Shown: positions 1 through 12,383 of the stretch, one piece after another | Numbering within the stretch: position 1 is the first letter of the stretch | How the letters are laid out: each line of letters opens with the position of its first letter | Assembly: GCA_963514005.1 (NCBI GenBank) | Contig: OY740800.1 | Coordinates: 30,256,001 to 30,320,000 of the forward strand | Length of the DNA: 64,000 nt | DNA from: Raja brachyura | Lineage: Eukaryota | Reading direction: 5' to 3' | Notes under the pieces: generated by a model | The model's database searches: none | The model's input: only the letters and a program-made list of their open reading frames with translations | What the model was told of the DNA's origin: nothing | Position numbers and translations under genes: made by a program

Positions 1-745
1 GGAGGGGGAGTTGAAGTGCTGAGCCACAGGGAGATCAGGTTGGTTATTGCCTACTGAGCGGTGTTAGGCGCAGCGATCGCCAAGCCTGCGCTTAGTCTCA
101 CCGATGTAGAGCAGTTGACACCTAGAGCAGTGGATGCAATAGATGAGGTTGGAGGAGGTGCAGGTGAACCTGGAAAGACTGCTTGGGTCCTTGGATGGAG
201 TCGAGGGGGGAGGTAAAGTGACAAACGTAGCATTTCCTGCAGTTGCAAGGGAAAGTACCAGAGGAGGAGGTGGTTTGGGTGGGAAGGGACGAATTGACCA
301 GGGAGTTACAGAGATGGTCTCTGCGGATAGCCGAATGGGGAGGAGAGATGTGGCCAGTGGTGGGATCCCGTTGGAGGTGATGAAAATGTCGGAGGATTAT
401 ATGTTGGATGTGACAGCTGGTAGGAAGTTGAGGACAAGGGGGACTCTGTCCTTGTTACAAGTGGGGGGGGGGGGAGAATGGGGGAGTGAGAGCGGAGCTA
501 CACGATATAGAAGAGACCCCGGTGAGAGCCTCATCTATAGTTGAAGAGGGGAACCCCTGTTTCCGAATGAATGAGGACATCTACGATGCCCTGATTTGGA
601 ACACCTCATCCTGGGTGCAGATGTGGCGCAGATGGAGGAATTGGGAGTAGGAGGCAAGTCCTTACAAGAAGCAGGGTGGGAAGAAGTGTAGTCCAGAAAG
701 CCATGGGAGTCGGTGGGTTTGTAGTAGATGTCGGTCAGATATCTC
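1..745 (-). mobile_element. Penelope-like retroelement fragment (RT thumb/linker plus GIY-YIG endonuclease), degenerate
   Basis: Minus strand translates TDIYYKPTDSHGFLDYTSSHP... and FTCTSSNLIYCIHCSRCQLLYIGETKRRLGDR...PDLPVAQHFNS, the PLE GIY-YIG signature. Confidence 0.85.
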
Positions 746-749
746 GTTT

Positions 750-856
750 CCCCATCCCGATTCTAAAGAAGGGTCTCGACCTGAAACATCATCCATACCT
801 CTCTAGACAAGCTGCATGTCCCGTTGAGTTACTCCAGCATTTTGTGTCTATCTTCA
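750..856 (+). repeat. Penelope pseudo-LTR/tail fragment with a degenerate hammerhead-like core
   Basis: ctaaagaagggtctcgacctgaaac...gagttactccagcattttgtgtcta; the same motif is attached to the PLE at 59715-59805. Confidence 0.7.
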
Positions 857-1589
857 AGATAATTTAATGTTGGTCTTGTTTCCAGGACTGTAAGAAAGTT
901 GTTCTGAGTTGGTACAAGTCTATGGTCTCATTTGGTGTACAATAGTTTCAGTTTCCATGCAATCAATGATACTTTATTGTCACATGTTCTTAGGTACATT
1001 TTTTGCATCCAATTCAGGAAAAACTTACTAACCATAAGCACAATCGTACCCAAATTCAAGAGTCTAAGAATGGTAATGTTACTGAGGCAATACACAAGAG
1101 TTGCATGTTCCAGCACCATCTTGTATCCTTCAAGTTCAAAGTTTTATCATGCCTTAAATAACCGTTGTCCTGGCGGCACTGCATCAGAGCTGTAGGGGAT
1201 GGCCAAGCCTGGTGATGATGACAACGTGCCACTGTTGGATCCATGTGATTGTTTGACCTCCAAGGGGCCTCCAGCAGCACCAAGTCGAATGATCCCCAGG
1301 CTGCTGCAGGGCATCCAGCTGCCCACTATAAAATGTTGACAAGTGAACTTCTCCCACAGCCACCATTCCGACTAGATGCACTAGGGAACCTTCCACAGCT
1401 GGATATTGGAATACCCAGAGCATCTCCATGGCTGCAGGAGACACTTTCTGGCCCGCTGAATTGACTTGGATTTTTTAAAAATTATCACCTAGCCATAAAT
1501 TCCTACAAGATTTCTGTGCACTTCCACCTCATGACCATCCTTAATATTCATTGATTTACACATGAGGGCAGTGCCTTCAAGGTCTAGAT

Positions 1590-4500
1590 AGGCCCAGGAG
1601 CGGTTGCAGTGGGAGGAGCGATGTCCGAGCTGTAGGTTTAAAAACTCGATTGCGGGGCTTGTTTTCACAGAGGCCCAGGAGCAGTTGCAGTGGTTGGAGT
1701 ACCCAAATCCGTAATGTTCCATTCGCAGCTCACAGCTCAAAACAAGTGGGCTTGAGGAAGCCGCTGATTGGTGGAAGCGGACTCGAGGGAGCAGCTGCTT
1801 GGCAGTCAGATCCCTGCCGATTTCTTCCAGCTATAATCCTTGCTTTGTACTGTATTGTACATTGTATTGTACTTTGTATTGTAGCCAGGGTAAGGGGGAG
1901 TACGAGTGCCACAGCAGTTTACTGTTCTGGATGTCAGATGTGGGAGGTCATGCAGTCAGATAGCTCTCCAGACATCCACATCTGTGCCAGGTGCGTCAAG
2001 ATGGGGCTCCAAAGGGACCATATTTGGTTCCTGGAGCAGCAGCTCGATGACCTCTGTCTGGTCAGGGAGAGTGAGGAGGTCATAGAGAGGTAGTCACTCC
2101 AAAACCACAGGAGGCAGACACGTGGGTCACGGGTTGGAGAGGCAAGGGGCAGAGGCAGGGACTAGAGAGTATCCTGGTGGCTGTACACCTTGGCAATAAG
2201 TACTCCTGTTTGAGTACTGTTGGGGGAGACAGCCTACCTGGGGGTAGCAAAAGCAGCCGGGCCTCTGGTACAGAACCAGCCCTGTTGCTCAGAAGGGTAA
2301 GGAAAAGAAGAGGGCAGTAATAACAGGGGACTCTACAGTTAGGTGGTCAGATAGGCAATTCTGTGGTCGCAGTCAGGAGACCCAGATGGTAGTTTGCCTC
2401 CCTGGTGCCAGGGTATGGGATGTGACTGAACGTGTCCAAGATATCCTGAAATGGGAGGGAGAGGAGCCAGAGGTCGTGGTACATATAGGTACCAATGACT
2501 TAGGTAGAAAAAGAGAAGAGGTCCTGAAAGGAGAATTTAGGAAGTTAAGAGGAGTTAAGGTGAAGGACCACAAAGGTAACAATCTCAGGATTACTGCCTG
2601 TGCCACGCGACAGTGAGAGTAGGAATAGAGCGAGGTGGAGGATAAATGCGTGGCTGAAGGACTGGTGCAGAGGGCAGGTTCTGGATCATTGGGACCTCTT
2701 TTGGGGAAGGTGAGACCTGTACAAAAAGGACGGGTTGCACTTGAACCTGAGGGGAACCAATATCCCGGCAGGGAGATTTGCAAACGCTACTGGGGAGACT
2801 TTAAACTAGATCGATTGGGGGGAGGGAATCGAATAGAGAAAGCAAGTAGACCGTGTGTGAGGCAGGATGCAGAGAAGGGAAGCAGTCAGACGCAACACAT
2901 GGGGGGGGAAAGAAGAAAAAAATAAACAGAGAATAAGAGGTGGTGTGTTTCTTACATGTGTGAGCAGAGAGACAGAGGGGTGTAAAATGAGGATAGAAGT
3001 AGGTAGCAAGGTGAAAAGTGGCAGACAGCCAAATCCAGGGCAAAATCAAAAAGGGCCACCTTTCAACATAATTGTATAAGGGGTAAGAGCGTTGTAAAAA
3101 CAAGCCTGAAGGCTTTGTGTCTCAATGCGAGGAGCAGTCGTAATAAGGTGGATGAGTTGAATGTGCAGATCGCTATTAATGATTATGATATAGTTGGGCT
3201 CACAGAGACTTTGGCTCCAGGGTGACCAAGGCTGGGAGCTGAATATCCAGGGATATTCAATATTCAGGAGGGATAGACAGAGAGGAAAAGGAGGTGGGGT
3301 AGCGATGCTGGTTAGAGAGGAGATTATCGTAATAGAAAGGAAGGACATTAGCTTGGAGGATGTGGAATCGATACGAGTAGAGCTGCGAAACACTAAGGGG
3401 CAGAAAACAATAGTGGGTGTTGTGTACAGGCCACCTAACAGTAGTAGTGGAGTTGGGGGATGGCATCAAACAAGAAATTAGAAATGTGTGCAACAAAGGT
3501 AAAACAGTTATAATGGCAACTTCAATCTACATATAGATTGGGCAAATCAAATTGGCAGAGGTTCTGAGGAAGAGGATTTCTTGGAATGTATGAGGGATAG
3601 TTTTCTAAACCAACCTGTAGAGGAACCAACGAGAGAGCAGTTTATTCTAGACTGGGTATTGAGTAATGAGGAAGGGTTAGTTAGCAACCTTGTTGTGCGT
3701 GGCCCCTTGGGCAAGTGACCAAAATATGGTTGAGTTCTTCATTAGGATGAAGAGTGATATTGTTAATTCAGAAATACGGGTCCTGAACTTAAAGAAAGGT
3801 AACTTTGAGGGTATGCGACGTGAATTGGACAAGATAGACTGGCAATTGATTCTTGAAGGGTTGACGGTGGATATGCAGTGGAAGGCATTTAAAGACTGCA
3901 TGGATGAACAACAACAATTGTTCATCCCAGTTTGGCAAAAGAATAAATCAAGGAAGGTAGTGCATCCGTGGATAACAAGGGAAATCAGCGATAGTATCAA
4001 AGCAAAAGATGAAGCTTACAAATTAGCCAGAGAAAGCAGCCTACCAGAGGACTGGGAGAAATTCAGAGTCCAACAGAGGAGGACAAAGGGCTTAATTAGG
4101 AAAGGGAAAATGGATTATGAAAGAAAACTGGCAGGAAACATAACTGACTGCAAAAGTTTTTCTCGATATGTGAAGTGAAAAAGATTAGTTAAAACAAATG
4201 TAGGTCCCTTGCAGTCAGAAACCGGTGAATTGATCATGCAGAACAAGGACATGGCAGACCAATTGATTAACTGCTTTGGTTCTGTCTTCACTAAGGAAGA
4301 CATAAATAATTTGCCGGAAATAGCAGGGGATCGCGGGTCAAATGAGATGGAGGAACCGAGTGAAATCCAGGTTAGCCGGAAAGTGGTGTTAGGTAAATTG
4401 AATGGATTAAAGGCCGATAAATCCGCAGGGCCAGGTAAGCTGCATCCCAGGGTACTTAAGTAGCACCAGAAATAGTGGATGCCTTAGTGATAATTTTTCA

Positions 4501-5855
4501 AAACTCTTTAGATTTTGGAGTAGTTCCTGAGGATTGGAGGGTAGCTAATGTAACCCCACTTTTTAAAAAGGGAGGGAGAGAGAAAAAAAATGGGGAATTA
4601 CAGACCAGTTAGTCTGACATCAGTAGTGGGGAAACTGCTAGAATCAGTTATTAAAGAGGGAATAGCAGTGCATTTGGAAAGTGGTGAAACCATTGGACAA
4701 AGTCAGCATGGATTTACGAAAGGTAAATCATGTCTGACGTATCTTATTTTTTTTTTTGAGGATGTAACTAGTGGAGTGGATAAGGGAGAAGCAGTGAATG
4801 TGTTATATCTGGACTTTCAGAAGGCTTTCAACAAGGTCCCACACAAGAGACTAGTATACAGACTTAAAGCACACGCTTTTGGCGGTTCAGTATTGATGTG
4901 GATAGAGAACTGGCTGGCAGACAGGAAGCAAAGAGCAGGAATGAACGGGTCCTTTTCAGGATGGCAGGCAGTGACTAGTGGGGTGCCACAAGGCTCAGTG
5001 CTGGGACTCCAGCTATTTACAATATATATTAATGATTTGGACGAGGGAATTAAATGCAACATCTCGAAGTTTGCGGATGACACGAAGCTGGGGAGTGCAG
5101 TGTTAGCTGTGAGGAGGATGCTAGGAGGCTGCAAGGTGGATAGGCTGGGTGAGTGGGCAAATGCATGGCAGATGCAGTATAATGTGGATAAATGTGAGGT
5201 TATCCACTTTGGTGGCAAAAACACAAAAGTAGACTATTATTTGAATGGGGACCGATTAGGAAAAGGGGAGATGCAACAAGACCTGGGTATCATGGTACAC
5301 CAGTCATTGAAAGTAGGCATGCAGGTGCAGCAGGCTGTGAAGTATGTTGGCATTCATAGCTAAAGGATTTGAGTATAAGAGCAGGGAGTTTCTACTTCGG
5401 TTGTACAGGGTCTTGGTGAGGTCACACCTGGAGTATTGCATACAGTTTTGGTCTCCTAATCTGAGGAAAGACATTCTTGCCATAGAGGGAGTACAGAGAA
5501 GGTTCACCAGACTGATTCGTGGGATGGCAGGACCTCCATAGGAAGGAAGACTGGATACTCAGCTTGTACTCGTTGGAATTTAGAAGATTGAGGGGGGATC
5601 TCGTAGAGACTTACAACATTCTTAAGGGGTTGGACAGGCTAGATGCAGGAAGATTGTTCCCGATGTTGGGGCCAGTTTGTTGGCTATTTTTAAGAGGGAG
5701 TTAGATGTGGCCCTTGTTGCTAAAGGGATCAGGGGGTATGGGGAGAAGGCAGCTACAGGATACCAAGTTGGATGATCAGCCATGATCATATTGAATGGCG
5801 GTGCAGGTTCGAAGGGCCGAATGGCCTACTCCTGCACCTATTTTCTATGTTTCTA
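1590..5855 (+). mobile_element. Near full-length CR1 LINE, degenerate (ORF1 zinc finger + SGNH esterase; ORF2 APE endonuclease + RT)
   Basis: CSGCQMW...CARC zinc finger, VVVHIGTNDLG esterase, GVVYRPP endonuclease, NYRPVSLTS/LDFQKAF/GVPQGSVLG/KFADDTK RT motifs, 3' end cctgcacctattttctatgtttcta; tctagat occurs at both ends (possible TSD); several frameshifts. Confidence 0.92.
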
Positions 5856-6187
5856 GATCCTAAGCTCAGGTATTCCCTCCAGCCACCCCCACTCACTCTT
5901 TTAGATGTCCCTTCTGAACTTATCATTTTAACCAAGGTTTTAGTCAAATATCCATTGTATGCCTTACATGTGTTGTGCATCAAATGTTGCTAAAAGTGCC
6001 CAGTGATGGTCTTTATTGCATTCTCCATTTTAAGGTAACTTACCAACAAATCCCCTCATCTTCTCCCATCTTTTCCCTGGGCCCCACCTGGATGCACACC
6101 CATTCTTGCAAAAATCTAGTAATGGAAAAATCCATATTGGTGTGAAGAAAAAAATAAATCGAAGACAAAACGAAAAGAGTAGCCTGT

Positions 6188-7704
6188 AGACAATAGGTGC
6201 AGGAATAGGCTATTTGGCCCTTCGAGCCAGCACCACCATTCAATGTGATCATGGCTGATCATCCCCAATCAGTACCCTGTTCCTGCCTTCTCCCCATATT
6301 CCCCGACTCCACTATCTTTAAGAGCCCTGTCCAGCTCTCTTGAAAGTATCCAGACAACCGGCCTCCACTGCCCTCTGTGGCAGAGAATTGCAGATTCATA
6401 AGGTTCATTTATTGTCACATACACCAATTGGTGTAGTGAAATTTCACTGGCCAGGTCAGTCATTCAATTAAAAAAAAAAGCAAGACTCAAGAAAACATTT
6501 TAACATGAACATCCATCACAGTGACTCCTACACATTCCTCATTGTGATGGAAGGCGAAATAAAGTTCAAGTCCTTCCCTTTTTGTTATTCCTTGGTCGGG
6601 GGCCTCGAGCCCCCTGTTGACGAGATGGTCTTGACTCCCGTAGCCGGCAGTTTTCAGGCCCTCTGCGTTGAGGTGTTCAGCTCCTGCATCGGGGGGGTTG
6701 TAAGCTCCCCCTGGGCCGGGCGATCAAACCTCACGTCGGGGCTGGACGAACCTTCTGCGCCATTGAAGCTCCAGACTTGCCTCTCCCGAGACGGTGAGCC
6801 CTTGATGGCAAGTCCGCAGGCCGCGGTGAGAGCGATCGCAGGCAAGGGATCCGCTCCGATGGCAAGTCCGCGCCCCATGGCGGGGCTCACGACAGTCCGA
6901 GGTGGCTTTTTAACACCATCGATGGTAGGCCGCAGATCCCGGAGAATGTGATCCGAAACTTGATCACCTCTCCGGGGAGGTAAGAACCTGAAAAAATAAG
7001 TTTCCCCCGACCCCCACATAAAACAAACAGAAGAACATTAAAACAAACTTTAAACAAATGCTAAAAATAAAAAAAAGGATGACAAAACAAACAGACTGCT
7101 GGCAGGGCTGCCATCTCCCTCCTCTGGCGCACCCAAGAAAATTATCACCAATGGATCCACAACTCTGTGAGGAAAAAGTGTTTCCTCGTCTCCGTTCTAA
7201 ATGGCTTACCTCTTATTCTTAAACTGTGGCCCCTGGTTCTGGACTCCCAACATCGGGAACATGTTTCCTGCCTCTAGGGTGTACAAACCCTTAATAATGT
7301 TATGTTTCAATAAGATCCCCTCTGATCCTTCTCAATTCCAGAGTATACAAGCCCAGCCGCTCCATTCTCTCAGCATATGACAGTCCCGCCATCCTGGGAA
7401 TTAACCTTGAAAACCTACGCTGCACTCCCTCAATAGCAAGAATATCCTTCATTTTAGGGGACCAAAACTGCACAATACTCCAGGTGTGGTCTCACTTGGG
7501 CCCTATACGGCAGAAGGACCTCATTGCTCCTTTACTCAACTCCTCTTGTTATAAAGGCCAATATGCCATTCGCTTTCTTCACTGCCTGCTGTACCTGCAT
7601 GCTTACTTTCATTGACTGATGAACAAGGACCCCCCAGATCCCATTGTACTTCCCCTTTTCCCAACTTGACACCTTTTAGATAGTAATCTACCTTCCTGTT
7701 TTTG
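6188..7704 (-). mobile_element. CR1 LINE 3' fragment interrupted by an insertion (~6396-7157)
   Basis: Reverse complement of the CR1 3' UTR and RT C-terminus; the sequence resumes after the insertion at acaactctgtgagg. Confidence 0.8.
6396..7140. repeat. Unclassified GC-rich interspersed repeat (related copy at ~60057-60700)
   Basis: Shared blocks catttattgtcacat...aacatccatcacagtg...tgtgatggaag...aataaagttca...gggggcct with the 60 kb copy; nested inside CR1. Confidence 0.55.
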
Positions 7705-10600
7705 CCTTCTCTCCATACCCCCGATCCCCTTAGCCACAAGGGCCACATCTAACTCCTTAAATATAGTCAATGAACTGGCCTCAACTACCTTCTGTGGCAG
7801 AGAATTCCAGAGATTCACCACTGTGTGAAAAATGTTTTTCTCATCTCGGTCCGAAAAGACTTCCCCCTTAGACCGTGACCCCTTGTTCTGGACTTCCCCG
7901 ACATCGGCAATAATCTTCCTGCATCCAGCCTGTCCATCCCCTTAAGTTTTTATAAGATCCCCCTCAATCTTCTAAATTATATCGACTACAAACAGAGTCT
8001 ATCCAGTCTTTCTTCATATGAAAGTGCTGACATCCCAGGAATCAGTCCAGTGAACCTTCTCTGTCCTCCCTCTATGGCAAGAATGTCTTTCCTCAGATTA
8101 GAAGCCCAAAACTACGCAGTACTCCAGGTGTGGTCTCACCAAGACCCTGTACAACTGCAGTAGAACCTCCCTGCTCCTATACTCAAATCTTTCTGAAAGT
8201 CCAGGTACTGTACATCCACTGGCTTTCTCTTGTCCAATATCCTAGTTACACCCTCAAAAAATTCCAGAAGATTAGTCAAGCATGATTTCCCCTTCGTAAA
8301 TCCATGCTGACTCGGACTGATCCTGTTACTGCTATATAATCCCGGATTTCTCTCTCCTGCCTTACTTAAAAAGTGGAATAACATCAGCTGCCCTCCAATC
8401 CACAAGAACTGACCCCGAATCCATGGAACATTGGAAAATTATCACCAATGCATCCACAATTTCTAGAGCCACTTCCTTAAGTACCCTGGCATGCAGATCA
8501 TCAGGCCCTGGGGATTTATCAGCCTTCTGTCCAACAGTCTACTCAACACCATTTCCTGCCTAATGTGGATTTCCTTCAGTTCCTCCATCACCCCAGATCC
8601 TCTGGCCACTAGTACACCAGGAAGATTGTTTGTGTTCTCTTTAATGCAGACAGATCCAAAGTACCTGTTCAAATCATCTGCCATTTCCTTCTTCCCCATA
8701 ATAAATTCACCTTTTTCAGTCTTCAAGGGTCCAACTTTGATCTTAACTAATTTTTTCCTCTTCATTCCTAAATAAACTTTTACTATCCTCCTTTATATTC
8801 TTGCTAGCTTACCTTTGTACCTCATCTTTTCTCCACTTATTTCCTTTTTAGTTATCTTCTGTTGCTCTTCCAACATTACCCAATCCTCTTGCTTCCCACT
8901 CATCTTCACTACGTTGTACTTCTTTTAGTTTTGTACTGTCCCTGATGTCCCTTGTCTGCCACGGTCGCCCCTTACTCCCCTTGGAATATTTCTTACTCTT
9001 TGGAATGAACTGATCCTGCACCTTCTGTATTATTCCCAGAAAAACCTGCCATCGTTGTTCAACTGTCATCCATGCTAGGGTATCTTTCCAGTCAACTTTG
9101 GTCAGCTCCTCCCTCATGGCTCCATAGTCCTCTTTATTCAACTGTAACACTGATACCTCGGATTTACCCTTCTCCCTCTCCAATTGTCAATTAAACTTGA
9201 CCATATTATGGTCACTACCCCTCAAGTTCCTTTATCAAATCCGGTTCATTACATAACACTAAATCCAGAATTGCCTTCTCCCTGGTAGGCTCCAATACAA
9301 TCTATCACAGAGGCACTCCACAAACTCCCTTTCTTGGGGTCCAATACCAACCTGATTTTCCCAGTCTACTTACATATTGAAATCTCCCATAACAGCCATA
9401 GCATTATCTTTACTACATGCCAATTTTGACTCCCGATTCAACTTGCACCCTATATCCAGGCTACTGTTTGGGGCCTGTAGATAAGTCCCATTAGGGTCTT
9501 TTAAACCTTACAATTCCTCAGTTCTATCCATGCAGACTCCACATCCTGTTTCAATGTCACCCTTTGCAAGGGACTGAATTTCATTTCTCACCAACAGAGC
9601 TACCCCACCCCCTCTGCCCACCTATCTGTCTTTTCGATAGGAGGTAAACCCTTTGAATATTCCGTTCACAGCTGACTCTTGCAGCCATGTCTCTGTAATT
9701 CCCACATCAAACTTGCCCATTTCTAACTGAGCCTTAAGCTCGTCCACTTTATTTCTTATACTTTGCGCATTCATACACAACACTTTCACTTCCGTATTCA
9801 CCTCCCCGCTCGCAATTGGCCCTGACCTTATTCTCTTATCCCTTCTCGAACTTTCCTTCCCATTAATTAGAGTCTTTTGTAACTTTTCCTGTACTCACTT
9901 CCTCTTCAACTCCATCTTTATAGTCCCAATTTGTCAATCCCCCCCCCGCTATTTAGTTTAAACCCACACGTGGAGCCCTAACAAACTTGCCTGCCAGAAC
10001 ATCGGTCCCCTTCAGTTAAGATGCAACCCGTCCCTTTTGTACAGGTCACCCCTATCCCAGAAGAGATCCCAGTGGTCTATAAATCTAAATCCTTGCTTCA
10101 GCCTCTCAGCCACACATTTAGATCCCCTATCTCTCTGTTCCTGTCCTCATTAGCACGAGGTACTGGAAGCAATCCGGATATAACCACCCTAGAAGTCCTG
10201 CTTTTCAGTCTTCTTCCTAACTCTCTGAACTCGCGTTGCAGAAACTCCTTTCTCATCTTCCCTATGTCGTTTGTGCCTACGTACACAACTACTGCGGGCT
10301 GTTCACCTACCCTCTCAAGGATGTTCTGAATTCAGCTCGTGAACCCTGGTAAGATCGCGTCTAGTCTGCCGCCACAGAATCTCCTGTCCGCTCCTCGGAC
10401 AATGGAGTCACCCACCACTATGGCTCTGCCCGACATGTCTCGCCGGTCGAGTCCCATATCAAGGATTGGAGCCACTGACGTGTTTGCCGCTCGGACTGGA
10501 AGCGTCGTCTCCCCCGACAGTTCCCAATAGGGCGCACCCGTTTTCATTAGGCACAGCCACCTGGGTCTCCTGCACTCCACGTTTACCACCCTTTCTTGCT
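7705..10600 (-). mobile_element. CR1 LINE with internal deletions (ORF1 esterase, APE, RT remnants)
   Basis: GDSIVRGADRRFCG and VGTNDIG SGNH motifs, SQHGFTKGKSCLTNLLEFFE, LDFQK. Confidence 0.85.
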
Positions 10601-11305
10601 TGCACTTGCTGGAGTTCAGAAGAATGCAAGGAATTTCAATAATTGAGACATTTTCCACGAGCCCAGGACTAAAACGAGAAGGAAACTCTAAAATAGAGAT
10701 CAATAAACATTAGAATTCTCTACCACAGAAGGAAAACGTAATCATTGAGATTAGACAGTGGAGTGTAAAGTTATTTAGTCTATACTAGATGGTTTGATTG
10801 AATGATTTGAGAGGTCAGACGACTCCTGCAGCTGATATTTAAGCTGCTGGAAGCAATACCCACTTCTACTGGCCTACTCCACACGTCCGTCATCACCAGC
10901 GGTTCCCTCGACTCTACGGTCCTCGGGACCAAGCTCAGCAGCATCCGAGCTTCCAACCTTTGGCTACAGCTGCCGGGCCCTTCTTCGCGGCAGCGTGGCC
11001 TGTCAGGACTCTGCTCGTTGCTCGTTTAGCTCCACGGTGAGCCGCCAGGTCTTTCTTTGACTCCGTGGCGTGGCGGGTCACCTTCTGCCATGGCACGTCC
11101 CGGGAGTCTTGTGGATCCATCCTATGAGTTTCGTTGGGTGTTTCTCCTATTCCTAAGCAGCAGCACTTTCTTCTAGATGTCACAGTAGAAGTCAAAACCA
11201 CAATTTGGTTACCTTCAAAAAAAGCTGGTTACATCATCATATCTAATAAATCTTTCAGAGGACAGTGGGATAAGATTTCTATAGAAATTAGGTAATCTTT
11301 AAGTG

Positions 11306-11319
11306 TTTATTATTTTATT
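11306..11319 (-). promoter_or_regulatory. Candidate DDX11 polyadenylation signals (two AATAAA)
   Basis: tttatt at 11306-11311 and 11314-11319, about 215 nt downstream of the stop codon. Confidence 0.5.
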
Positions 11320-11531
11320 TCAGCAAAAGAGAATACAAATAATTTACAAATGCTTAAAACTCAACTATCAATCACAATAAAACAAGCAAAATGGAAACTA
11401 TAAGAAACAATTTTGTGTATATTTTCATACAACTTGTGAAGGGCCATCCGACTGATTCAGTGGCTTGAATCAATTGAAGCCGAGTGAGGTTGATATTATC
11501 ACAAGCATTTCACTTTCGATTGAGTCTCCAT

Positions 11532-11570
11532 TTACGTAGCATTTCCAAGGGACTTCCTGTCTTTGAAGAA
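11532..11570 (-). CDS. DDX11: DDX11 last coding exon (FFKDRKSLGNAT*)
   Basis: Acceptor ttttgcag, phase 0 matches the previous exon, TAA stop; corresponds to the human FHREK... terminus. Confidence 0.85.
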   Translation of the reverse strand, partial: FFKDRKSLGNAT

Positions 11571-11741
11571 CTGCAAAACACAAAAGAAAATTTGTGGGAT
11601 TATGTTGTAATTGTATTAAAGAGGCTTCTAACCAAATGATAATGTGACAGGATTTTAAGTCATTCATTCTAAGCAATATTACTTAGTAATACATCTAATA
11701 TAGCTTAACAAGTATTAAATGTAACGTCTCAGATGGCCCAC

Positions 11742-11896
11742 CTTTCCAATGGCTGCAAGAGCAGGTCCAAATGAAGCCTCTGTACGTGTTCGCCCCCTGA
11801 TCCAACTTGGCAACTTGCCAATGATTCTGGATTGGGCATAGCGATGATCCAGGAGCACAATATTGGCATAGTCCTCACGATGGCGGATCGCACGCC
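11742..11896 (-). CDS. DDX11: DDX11 exon (GRAIRHREDYANIVLLDHRY...AAIGK), helicase motif VI
   Basis: AG/GT boundaries, 155 nt, strong similarity to the DDX11 C-terminus. Confidence 0.96.
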
Positions 11897-12307
11897 CTAC
11901 ACACAGCACAGAACGGAAATAATGGAACGTTGACATGCAAACTTTCACATCGAACAAGCTACAAGACTGGCAACCTTGTGTACAATTTAATGCAACTGCA
12001 AATCAAAAATCACAAAGAAACTGAAGACGATAAAAATGATCTTGTACAGTGAATATTGCCTTAACATGGTCTCACCAGACCCTCACATTCACTACAGATA
12101 GCCTCACCATGACAAAGTTCATCACTCTGAACAGTGGTACTCGGAACATTCTCCTCTTATACCTGTTTTGTCACCTCATAATGGTTCCTTCATAATGTGC
12201 CCAAGGCATATCCCTGCTTGGACAGTCTCTACCAGGCTGTTTTCTATCCATTGCTATTCACTGCTCATTCAGTTGTCCTCCAACCTATTTCCACTTTAGT
12301 CACCTAC

Positions 12308-12383
12308 CTATAGACTGGTTGACAGCTTTCATGCACAGATTTTCGAGTAGTACTTTTCCTGGACTCTTTCCATCAGCTTTTGC
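12308..12383 (-). CDS. DDX11: DDX11 exon (AKADGKSPGKVLLENLCMKAVNQSI)
   Basis: ccacag/gtaggt, 76 nt, ENLCMKAVNQSIGR motif VI. Confidence 0.96.

Noticed and set aside
1056-1480. Overlapping short ORFs in apparently unique sequence; possible neighbouring gene such as WASHC1, which often lies tail-to-tail with DDX11
   Set aside because: No recognisable protein similarity or convincing splice pair; I saw no WASHC1-like exon in 1-11500
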